This document shows positions 26,201 through 38,200 of a stretch of 64,000 nucleotides of DNA, piece after piece. How positions within the stretch are numbered: position 1 is the stretch's first letter; each line of letters begins with the position of its first letter. Under the pieces are notes generated by a model. The model made no database searches. It was not told where the DNA came from and saw nothing but the letters and a program-made list of their open reading frames with translations. The translations under genes were made by a program, and so were the position numbers. Source of the stretch: Leptogorgia sarmentosa (lineage: Eukaryota); NCBI GenBank assembly GCA_964658305.1, contig OZ210885.1:13020001-13084000 (forward strand). Reading direction: 5' to 3'.

Positions 26201-29200
26201 TCCAGATTAGTTTTTACGTTTTATTTTCGAAAATATACGTACACTTGAGCAATAATATGACTGAACAAAGCTTCTGTAATGCATAAATAAACCAATGGCG
26301 GCCATATTGGTCTGAATAAATTTCCTCCAAAAATGGCGTCTTTTTCCTTTTAAATTTGGCCGTGAATAACTAATGAGGTCACACCAAGATGGACGCCGTG
26401 TGATTCATGATAAAGCTTTTAAACGTTCTAGAAACCACTAGAAAAGTTTTGACAAGCTCTGTCTTAAACTGCAAAAGACATTTTCTTTATAATCCGACCA
26501 TGCATGTTGTGATACCATTTACGGAAATTGCGATCGATTTCACTCATTTTAGTATTTCATCTCATTACGGAACTTCAAAATTAATATTGACTGAATTCAA
26601 AATGATGATAAATTCAGTACTTCGAGATCAGTTGGTTATAGGGCTCGAACGGCAAGTTTTGCCATTTCATGAAAACATGTCCCAGAAAAAGACATCTTAA
26701 TGAACAACATTTACAGTTATACTGCTTTATATTACGAGCGACGATTATTGAGATATAATTTTACACCTTTTTTAAAAAAGTTGTCTTGTTTCAACGCATA
26801 ACTCGAATAGCAATGGATCGAGTTTATGGTAAAATGAAAGGGACATCGTCGAACATGTTCTCGGGCATTTTCAGGGCTGATTCTGTTCAATTGGTGTAAT
26901 CATGCATGATCATGTGGAAAATTTTTCCTATGTTGCCAAAGACAACTAATTCACGACTTCATTTACTTCAGGTGAGTGGGGCTCCAGAGATCTCATCTTA
27001 CGGCGGGCCTGCTTTAATTCTAAGATTCAGTGCCAACTGCGACGTTAGGAATTAGGCTTGGAGTAGGGAATAAGAATTATAATTTCCATCACTCTAACAC
27101 TTTTCCAGTGACATAATCTTGGTAATGACTTTGTTCAATTTGTGTCTTCAAATTTTATGTATGCATTTAACAGTTTAAATGCATGTATACAACCGCGTGA
27201 ATAAGGCTACTGCAGAAAGTTTGACTGGTTTGCTTGAGTTCAGGAGTCTATTGCAATTTTCCTTATACGAATAATGAAACGGCCATGCAAATTATGGAAA
27301 ATTCAGAAAGGGTCATTTACTTGTTTGCAAATATTTCGAGTTTCAACCGTTGTAAAAAAGCTCGGAAAGCTATAAAATCGCAGATACGGAGCAGGCAATT
27401 GATAAAAAGCAGGCAATTGATAAAAAGCAGGCAATTTCAAAATATTTATAATTAAGTTTTATTCTCGTCAGAGTTTTAACGGGTTGTTTTTGGAAATTCA
27501 ACAAAGAGCAACTGTCTTGCTCACTACCTAAACGATAGAAACAGATTTAACGTTTCGATGTAACGTCCTTCCTCGGGAATTGGTGTGTTCACTAATGTAG
27601 TTATTCAGTGGATAGCGCAATCTTACATGTGAACAACCATCCCGTTACAGGAACGTTATAAATTGTTACTGCATGAGACCTCCTCTATTACACGAGCGGG
27701 GGGAGTTGAAATTTGATTTCTTTCACCAGTTGACAGGTATTACTATTTATGCATGCGTTGTCCACAATGAATTTTTCCGCGATTCTTGCCTCATCTAGTC
27801 ATCGATATATATACAGGATTATCTCGATCGTCATATTAATTGGACCATATCAAATGTCAATTATACGTAGCTATAGATACCGATCTTGAACAATATATAT
27901 TTTGTGTCCCATCACAAATAAGTAAACTCGTACATGACAGAACTTCAACATTCAGTAAGTTGTTGCTGGGTTTTCCAGCAAGACAAAACAGATAGTAAGT
28001 ATTTTTCCCGTATAGATGACTAATTTGGTGGAGATTTTAGTAATGGGGATATTTTACGATCGGGTTAATCTGGTTCCAGATTATCTAACTACAATAGAAA
28101 TAAAAGTTGTATTTATAGTACTCAGTTGTGTTGGTAGTGGCTTTATTAACAGGCAGCAAAGAGTCTACTCACTACCTGAATAATATAAACAGATTTTACG
28201 TTTCGAGCAAAGGCCCTTCGCTGGGATCGAATATTTTGTTAACCTAATTCCTGACGAGGGCCCTTTTGCTGGAAACGTCAAATCCGTTTGTATCCCGTCT
28301 ATGTATTTAGAAGATCTTTATTTGTTGTTGATGTTGCCATCTGCTACCTACACTGGTCACATATTCATACTTCAATTATTATCCATCATGGGTTATGTGT
28401 ACGTTGACCTAACACGCCTGGCATTTTTGCACACGAAAACGGTCATTGATATTGAGACAATATTTATCATGAGCGCGCGAGATTTTCGGGAGACTGGTAG
28501 CGAATTTAGAAATTGAAAAATTCCTTCATTTGCACGTGGAATTTTGCTTTGCTCGTTTTTCGGGGGGTAACTTGGGTCACAGTTAATAGAATAAGATGGC
28601 TGGGCTAGCCAGACCACGTGACTATTATGTTATTGTCCACTCGTATTTCCTATCACGTGACGAGGAGAGTGCACACGCTGAGACGTCTCCTATTGCGGCT
28701 AGTCGTATTTTAAGAGTTCCGTCAAATAAAATAGTCATTTTGTGGTTTGTTTTCGTGCTTTTTCGTTGGAGTTCGGTTAGAGAGTAGGGCTGAGGGTATG
28801 CCAGGTGCGAACTGCGCCTTTTTTGGCTGCTCGACAAGCCGAAGACACGGATATTCGCTGTTCAAGATCCCTGTGGTCGGTGCGGGTGATGGCGAAGAAA
28901 CAGCTGAGTCGAAGAGGAAAGCTCGCGAAGAATGGCTACGGTTAATCTTGAGGACGAGAGAAATGACGAAAGAGTTAAAGAGTCAGATTGAGGCAAACAA
29001 TATCCACATTTGTGAACTCCATTTCAAGCCAGAGTGTATCACTGTCTGTTAGTACAGCTTGCTTTTATGCGGCGGCGCTAATTTTGCATGTATGCATTTA
29101 CCATATTAATATTATAATATTGAGCGCATCACATGTTGTATTATTCATGACTTGTGTGCCACTATGTTGCAGATCCAAATAGAAAGGTATTGTCAACTGG

Positions 29201-32200
29201 CAGCATTCCGACGGAGAATTTGCCTATGAAAAGCCATGAAGCGGCGAAGAAAGAGCGCCGTGTTTTAGTGAGGACCTCCATTGAGGAAGGCGCTTCCTCT
29301 ATGATTGCAGCTGTGCCACAAACAACAACAATGGACCAATTGGTCAAGCAGCTACAAGGTGAGAAAGCTGTAAGCAATTGGCAAATTAAAAAGGACGGTG
29401 ATGATCAACTGAAGGTTGAACTCCGTGATGACATCCATGGAATACCCAAATACACAGTTGTAGTGAATTCGGGTTTGGAATTTACTGTATTTGTTTACAA
29501 CTGGCCCGTTCCTGATGATCATTTGATCTATAAAGAAAGAAGCCGTTGTGCAAGGAAGGAGAACATTATTGAACTCTTGGTAATTGTTGAGCATTCATCA
29601 TTATGTGAGGGATTACCGCCAATCGATGAAGTCCTTTCCATCGCAGTGGATCCAACTGCCAAAATTGACAATCCACCCCAGGGAACTGTCTTTGGCCACT
29701 CCATATCCAAAGTTGTTAACAATGAGGAGGCAAACTTGCAGTCCACAGTTTCCTATAGATCTGTGGATTGTAAGGTGATTGTTAATGATGAATGTGTTAG
29801 CCAGCCACAGCTTTGCCAGCCATGTACCTCCACATTGAATGCCACCAAAAGAGCAAGCAGAAGGAAGTCAAAGGCCTCAGCTGAACCAGCCAAAAGTAGA
29901 GCCCCTCTTTCTGCTTGTGGACCAGAAAAGCTGAAAGCAACTGTCCAAGCAACACGTGTTGAGTGCAAGCAATTGAAACTTTTAATCTTATTTTGAAACA
30001 GTGTAACATGAAAAGTATATGTACACTGTATGGTATTGTATATAAGGTATTACTGTATTTTGACAACTTTCTCTTTTGAAATATTATGAACAAGAAATAA
30101 CTTTAAATATATACAAATGAAAATCTTTGTTGAACATTTTCTTGTGATAATCTTTGAAGCAAAGACAAGCCATAACAAATTACTTTTTTTGATAACCTTT
30201 ACAATATTTGTTTTTGCATTTTGCATTTGAAATCACATGTTTTTGCTTCAGAGATTGTCACAAATGAAAATACTGTACATACATTAATAAATGCACATTT
30301 AATCCTAATGTGTTGTTTTGCAAACGTGTCGAGTCCAATACTTTACAATTGGCAGAGGTCTAAGAATTAATACTCTATAACTCTAATTAGTTCTTCTTTA
30401 ATTCCTTTCTCAATGCTTTACCAGCAAGCTGTTTTGCTTTAATGCGATACCTACTGATATAGTCTCTGGCGTAAGAGAAACTTCTCACTTTCAAATAAAG
30501 TTTAATTATATTCTCTAAACACAACTTCCTTATTGAACTGGATGGCTGTAGTTCACAAGAAAGAATGATGTTGTCCCACAAAGATATCACAATGGGAGAG
30601 TTCAATATAGAATTAGTGATTAATTCTTCAGGTATATTACGTAGTACATCACTGCTTCTGTCTACATGTTCTCGAAAGGAAATTTCAGCTGCTTCTAAAA
30701 TCCTCACTAGGTCATTGCAAGGAGTCACAAGGCCACCTCTACTTCTGGCAGCAATATAACTGTTGCTTTCTGCAGATTTCATGCTCATCAACAGTGCTTG
30801 TAATTCTTCTTTTCCACTTTTATTCCTGTTTAACTGCATTAGCTTTGCAATTACATACCCAGCCATATAGGAAAGTGGCCCTTGTTCAGATGGGTCAAGC
30901 TGGCATGACTGGTACTGTTTATCAGTGGACTGGCTACTATGGCTGAAGGCTATCAAGTGTTCTGGCAGATGAATCATTATAAGATTCGCTACTCTAGAGT
31001 CTTGGCAAACAAACAGCTCAGTGGACTTTAGCATCAAACCATAGAATGACTCGAGGAATTTATCCTGATCCTTTTTACGACAATAAGTCTTATACAGAGG
31101 AGATAACGCATTACACAAGGCCAACGTTGACGATATAGCTTTTACACTTGCATTAATTGTGTCACCGTAGAAGTTCTCCTTTATGATCTTTGCTTTGATT
31201 GTCTCTACTAGCACAGATACACTTTCTGGACAAAGGACAGGAGCATTTACCACATCTTCCCCACCATCACCATGTTTTGAATTGGTATGCCTGGTTAATC
31301 CACCTTTAGATTTACATATTTTGTCGCATTGGGTACATGGGAAAGACTTTTGGCCAGCTATTTCTTCAAGAGCATCACAGAACTCAGCATCTACCTCCTC
31401 GGAATTCGTTTCGGTCACAGAAACACAAAGATTGAAGTTATACGCGTCTGGAAACGAGCTACTTTCGCGTTCGCCATCGTCGGGATCAACATCACATGTT
31501 TCCATGGTCGCTGACGTTTGGAAAACACTTTCTTCATCAAATTCACTGCTTTGGGTACCTTCAGCCATATCTACGGTTTCTATTTCAGCCTCCATTTCCT
31601 TCTGGAATCCCTCAAAGTTGACAATAATTACAGTTTCCGTTGACTAATCCGCCTGAAGCCTTGTATTTATCTTTCATCACTTATAGGCCGTGCACTCTCC
31701 TCGTCACGTGACACGATTTTCATTGGTTCTCAACATAATTTGCCGAACCCTTTGAAGTTTGCCGGCTAGCCCAACCATCTTATTCTATTAACTGTGCTTG
31801 GGTAAATAGAGGGACTCTTGCGCATGAAAATGATATCAATATTGCCATGGAAACCATCAAAACAATTCCTCTGGCGCCCTTCTTGTTCGAGGCATACGAG
31901 CGAAATGGCGTCGTTTCGTTAAAGTTGTGAAAATGTATCAACTTCGTCTTGTATAGGCTCGTTCGTTTTAACTTCTTTTTGTTTCATTTTTGGTGAACAT
32001 CAAAGTAAAAAGTCCTATTAAAGTTTGTATGTTTTTTGTTTCGTGGAAAATGTCTTAGGACAATAAATAAAATGCCTTTTATAAAGGCCACAAATTATAG
32101 TCGATTCAATGTTGGAGAATATATGCGCCAAAAAAGGCTAGGCTGGATCGCTAAGGTTGAGACGAATAAAGAATAGAATACGTGTTTTTTAAAACTTCAA

Positions 32201-35200
32201 TGCACAAATGAAACATGTGTATATAAGTTAGTTGTTTTAGCAAAGTTGGTGACCATTGATATATTGCTAGCCTACACACGTAAAACAACTATTAGTGTAA
32301 AATTATTTTGCCATGATAAAATCACTAGGCCATTTTTTGTATGTTGTATACTTGGCTCAACAATTCAATACAGAAATTAAACATATGTGTATAAGTTATT
32401 GCTAAGTTGGTAACTTTGACATTGCTAGCCTACCTTACAGCTGGTAGCTAGTATAGTATTATTACAATTATTAGTATAAAGTTATTTGTGTCATTGTAAA
32501 AATCACAAAGCCATAGTATGTATATTCTATACTTGGCTACAGGTTTTCTAAAACCACAGTATTTCTAAAAAGTAAAAACTGCAGTATTTCTAAAACGATA
32601 CTGTTATTATGTTTCAGTTTGCAATAACTTGTTGAGTGATTGTGCTTGTCATAGCAGTTTAGAAGACAAAAAATAACAGGCAATTTGATGGCAACACTTT
32701 TTTAAAAAATATTTCATCGAACAATTTACTGCATAACATCTGCACACATGAAGTCAAAGTGATCATTGGTATTGAACTGCTAGTAGTTATAGTGTTAATT
32801 ATATAAAGCAACTAATAGTGTAAAATTACTTGTCTGTAATCAAACTAATAGTATTAAAAAATTATTTGTTTGTATTAGAGGGGTTGTGATAAAAGGCACA
32901 AGGCCATTTAATGTATAATGTATCCTTGACTAACTTTTATATTATACTATAATATATATATAAAACTTATTGCATGACTTTTGCAATACCTAAACTTTTC
33001 CATTGAATTGTACTGAAAGATCAATACCATAGACTATACTCAATATATAATATTGTGCAAAATGACTACAACTTCTTTTCCTGGTCAAACAGGTCATTAA
33101 TGCAGAGAAACATAAGTAAGATCAGTTTATCATTCTTGTATGTAGAAGAGAGTTAAGCTGAATTCATGTTTTGACATTTTCCAAGCTATTCTTTGCTGTC
33201 ACTTTAACATACAATGACTTGAATATAAAGCAAGGATTTATTACATGTGATATCAAACCACCATGCCAGGTTTTCTCTAAATATTCCAGTTGCTCTTGCA
33301 CATCAGTATGAGTTGCAGCCTTGTATGAAATCCAGTCTGGAAATTGGGGAACAATTTTTTAACTTGTGTTCATCAGCTAAATTCCAATGATCATGAACAC
33401 GGTATTTGGTTGTTCCTCGATCCCCAGACTGATTTTTCTCTAGCGCGGCTGCAGCCAGACTAGCAATGCAACACCAATATTGTACAGGGAAGCTCCAAAA
33501 TATCAGTTTGCCATCTGACTTTAGTGGTGACACATTTTTGATTGCGTGATTTAACGAAAATAATTGAGTTGTTTGGTTTGCAATCTGGGTCTGTTCATTA
33601 AAGAATTGCTTTAATTTGCAATTGAGCTGGTACTTAAATCATGGAGCACATCGTTGACATTTCTTGTGCAAGTATCAACAAATTCGCTCACGTTTATTGT
33701 TTATGCCGCATGATTTTTCCCTAGCAATATCAGTTAGGGCCTCCTTTAGCTTTGAAAAACAATCTGGCGGCCGTTCAGAAGCAGTTCTTGACCCATCATT
33801 AAAAATATCATGGGCCAAAACTTCTTCTACACTAAAATTCCGCCTCCGGACAGCCGCCATCTTGTCTCATTAAATATGCTAATGAAGTGTGCCGCTTGCT
33901 GCGTGTAACGCCGGCGCTATATTTTGAAAGGCAACCGCAGGTCATAGTGAATGGCGAAATGACCGTTTTTGTGTGTAAAAATGCCAGGCGTGTAAAACGG
34001 TCATCATATAGGTCTGAATGAAGTTGATGTATAGTTTATCTTAAATCTTGCATGAGAATCCATTCCATAACACATGGTAAATTAGTAACTTACTGAATCT
34101 GTCGAAATTTAAAGCTGTTTATGAAAGTCAATACTTCAATGCTCGTATCCATATACTGATATACAATTTTCCTAGGCTATTTTTAATATTAAAATATAAA
34201 CTAGTTCAAACGGTCATTCTTATGTTTTCTTATATGTATTATATATAAATGTATATTTCTTTCTGTTCTGGTTTAAAATATGTCATACGAAGTCCTGGAA
34301 TGGATTAAATGTGAAGTTACAGGTTTCAAAACAAAGCGCAAAACGCGGATGTCGTGCAGTTTAAGGCAGAGTTTCCAGTCCATGCCTTGGATTTTCAGGA
34401 TCTGATACAAACCTTCTTTAATTTTAAGTTAATTGTATACATTCCTAATAATGAATACGCCGAGTCGAAACGTGGAACAAACAATTCAAAAAAATTCTTG
34501 TGTTTGGATGTTTTTATTGTTTTGTATTTCTATATGCACAGTATATGGCTAGTAGCCTTGTGTACTACACCTTTATCGAAGATTTCGTTGAGAAGTCCGG
34601 ATCCTTTGACAGCGACACGACATAGCGATCATCAGCAGAGACTGCAACATGTTTTGCCCATTCAAGGTCACCTATTAATAAGGAAGGAAAAAATAATCAA
34701 TTCAGAAATTAAAGTAAACATCAAAAGGATATTTTCTGTAACAGTCACAAATGATCAGGTTGGACGCGTTATTAAAATTAATGCAGAAATCTTTGCAATT
34801 TAAGGATTTATATACAATGAAAAGAAAAATCTTGAGTAGTGGATTAAATACTGTATCTAATATAACTGGTTACTTTAACAAGCAGCAAAAGTTCTACTCA
34901 CCAACCGAACGATAGACAGTGAATTTGTTTTCTAACGTTTAGGTAGTAAGTAGAACTTTTGCTGCTTGTTGATGTTCTTATATCCGGGACCTACACGGGT
35001 CGCATATTGAACCTTATTCTAATGGACTAGACCATAAACTATCAAAAGAATGGTCTGGAAACGCACGCTGAAACTGCACAACAACCGTGATACGCTTTAT
35101 GTGGAACCCTGTAACTTCACATTAAATCCATTCCAAGACTTCCTATTGACATATTTCAAATCAGAAGAGAAATGAGTGGGCATCTATCCACTGGTCAAGG

Positions 35201-38200
35201 CAAAAATCACCGTTGCAATAAGTGGTGAGAAATTTTATATCTTGAGATTTTGCTTGCGTTGTGTTTGTCATTGTTGTCTGTTAAGCCGGTTTTCCACTTG
35301 CGAATTTTGTCGCACGAAGCGGATTTTTTCGTAGCAAAATAGTTCGCGCGAATAGCTCTTTGTTTTCCATAGCTAAGTGCGGAAGCTACAAAACAAAATG
35401 GCGGCATTGAACTGCAGGAGACTCTTGTTGCGCAGAAATAACTCGATAAGATCGCTGCTGCCGACAACCTTAAAAATCGACGTATACAAATGTATACAAA
35501 CGATGGATACGCCAGATATATCACTGAATGGCAATTTTAAAATCTATTTAAGTCGCCACTTTTTTCGCCGGGAAAAAGTGCGAACGAGTAGGAATCATTC
35601 GAACTCCTTTTTTCGCCGCAGTGAACAGTTGGCGAAATTGATCGCGACACAACATTTATGAACACGCATGCGCATGCATGAGCGAAAGAATTCGCTTCGC
35701 GCGCAAAATTCGCAAGTGGAAAACCGGCTTTAGTATCTTAAATATTCTGTATCTCTACACTCTTCTTTATACTCCTGTAATAAACAAATAACTTCACAGT
35801 TGCTCGTTTGTACCGTTATTATTTACTCCTTGTGATCGCTAAGCTCACTCGTTCAATTGCGCTCTCTCGTTTTTTTTGGCGATCACAATTGGTAAAAATT
35901 AAAGCAGTCGCCAACCGTGAAGTAGGCAATCTCGATATATTGTCTTTCCGTGCGCGTAAACGAGAGGAACTGTACGAATTTTCTAAAGCAAAGTGTATAA
36001 GTAGACAATCGCCAAATCTCATAAAACATTTCCCTTTCGTCAATGATGTAAATAGAGATGTGTACCGTACGATTCGCGAATAATAAAATTCGAACAAACG
36101 AGCCAACTGCGCATGAAGTAATTTGTTTATTATATGAATACTAGGAATAGTGTAGAGATACGAAATATTTGATACACACAAACGACAATGACAAACACAA
36201 CACGAGCGAAATATCAAAATATAAAATTTCTCACCACTTGTTGCTTTGTTTTCAAGTTTTATTTCGTCATTCTGCATGAAACTAGTTGAAATTTTGTAAT
36301 TATGATTGGTTATAAGATTACCAAAGTAATTCTTTCCATTACATGCAATTATCTTAGGAAATACAAATTAACGGCAATTAACGTAATTAATCTAGGAAAG
36401 CCTGCTATCTATTCAACTGTAGTTAACCACCGGTTTTCTGTCTTCATATCAGTGCAGAGCGTTGCAGACAAGAACGTTTCTCATTAACTATTCCGATTTG
36501 CTTATTATACACGAGTATCTACAAGATTTTAATTTCCAGGTAAAATTGTTCTACGTAAAAAAAGTAGTTTTTGAACATGGTACAGTACTTGAAGCACAAA
36601 ACTTAACAAGGTTGAGGTTAGGTTCATATGAATTTAGTAAAATGAAAATGAATTTAGTGAAATGAAATGAAAACGAAATCGTCAGCAAACTATTTATAAG
36701 TAAGCTGGCCCAAATAGACAATTTGAACTATACCTGTGACAGAAAAGCACTGTGTGTGAAGATTCCAAACTTTGAAAGTTCCATCTGTAGATGCGGAAAC
36801 ACATCTAGACTCATCACGAGCGATTGTAATATATGTGACGTCATTTGAATGATCAGAGAGACTGTTTTGCTCCATGTACGCAGCAGTTCCCAGGTTCCAA
36901 ACCCTGATACTTCCATCCCTTGACGCTGTCAATACCTTCTTTTCTTTGGGAATTATTGCAACACCGCTGAAATATTGCAAGTTGATTGTTTATCACTAAT
37001 AATAATTTTTTCTACCGAAAAAAGGCAAAGACGATCTCTGCCAGACTATTGATTGTTTAAGAAATCCATATCATCAAAATATGCTGTATAATTTATTCAT
37101 AAATGATCTGGGAAATATGTCCTATTCATCAAATGTTAGTGCAAATGAAAACTACATCTATGGTTACTTTATCTTTAGCAAAAATCGTTCTATTACTATG
37201 TCGACAACAATTAAGAAGATAGATAGATGGATAAAACCTTTATTTACATAGGGTAGTCCCGTCAGTAATAAAAATAACTGTTATCAACGGGAGCCCTATT
37301 GACATATTGTAGAGTTCAGTACGGCAGAAAATCAACGAAAGCAGCAATACAAGATAGGATAATGATTGATGTACAACAGGTAAAATTATGTTGCATTGGA
37401 TGTCATACGCTGAATTTCCTACGTTTATCCCTCATTAAAATCTTTCTAAAGCCCAAGTCGTCCATTGCAAATAAGCACGACTATAGCCAGAAGCCAATTA
37501 TTATATTAGTGTAATAACTGGAAATTCTTATAGCGTTGTGAACAAATGGATGACTGAAAATTACTTTCATGGTGTTCAACTTCGCTATCTTTTCAATTCA
37601 TCAATAACCGATTTCAAGAAGCAGTACGTCTAAGTGTGACTGTGAAATATCGTAATAAATTAATACAATTACACAAAACAGAATGTGTTGTATGTTAAGC
37701 TTAATGTTATGTATTGGGTCTTCATTGTTGCCTTGCCCGCATAACGATCCTTTCGCTAAATTAGATATAGCTGCTAGAGTGAACCCACCTGATGTACTCG
37801 GTATGACCTTCATAACAGGAAAGGCACTTTCCAGTGTGGAAACACCACAACCTCACACTTCCTTCATCGTCTCCAGAGATAATATACTTTTTATCACCGC
37901 TCACAGCAATACTGGTAACAACATATTGAAAAACGTCAAGGGTACGAATTTCCTGATACGTTTTTAAATCCCAAATTTTTATTGTCCCATCGTTTGAAGC
38001 AGACACAAGCATTGGATTGTTTTTTCCTGAATCTAAACGAGAAACTGCGCACTTTAGTCGAACTGGCACAAAAAAACAAGGGAAAGCAAAGTACATGATA
38101 TCCTAAATATATTCAATAACTCGATCGTTGACAGGAGAGATTTTCATATATGCATTCTGCATGTCCAGGCAATGGATTCTGCAGTAGTCCACATACAGAA

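Larger units (their letters stand above)
28578..31796. mobile_element. P-superfamily (THAP) DNA transposon, internally deleted, with two convergent genes
   Basis: 33-bp TIRs CACAGTTAATAGAATAAGATGG(C/T)TGGGCTAGCC with one mismatch; perfect 7-bp TSD CTTGGGT at 28571-28577 and 31797-31803; THAP gene inside. Confidence 0.9.
28406..34014. mobile_element. Older TIR element that hosts the P-type element
   Basis: ACACGCCTGGCATTTTTGCACACGAAAACGGTCAT (28412-28446) is inverted at about 33959-33993; ends GACCTA/TAGGTC; stop-interrupted coding-like sequence at about 33300-33860 on the minus strand. Confidence 0.6.

Noticed and set aside
27390..27436. 18-bp tandem repeat AGCAGGCAATTGATAAAA, and the ~85-bp duplication at 23385-23545, as possible CRISPR-like arrays
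   Set aside because: No spacers, only 2-3 units, eukaryotic context; ordinary local duplications.
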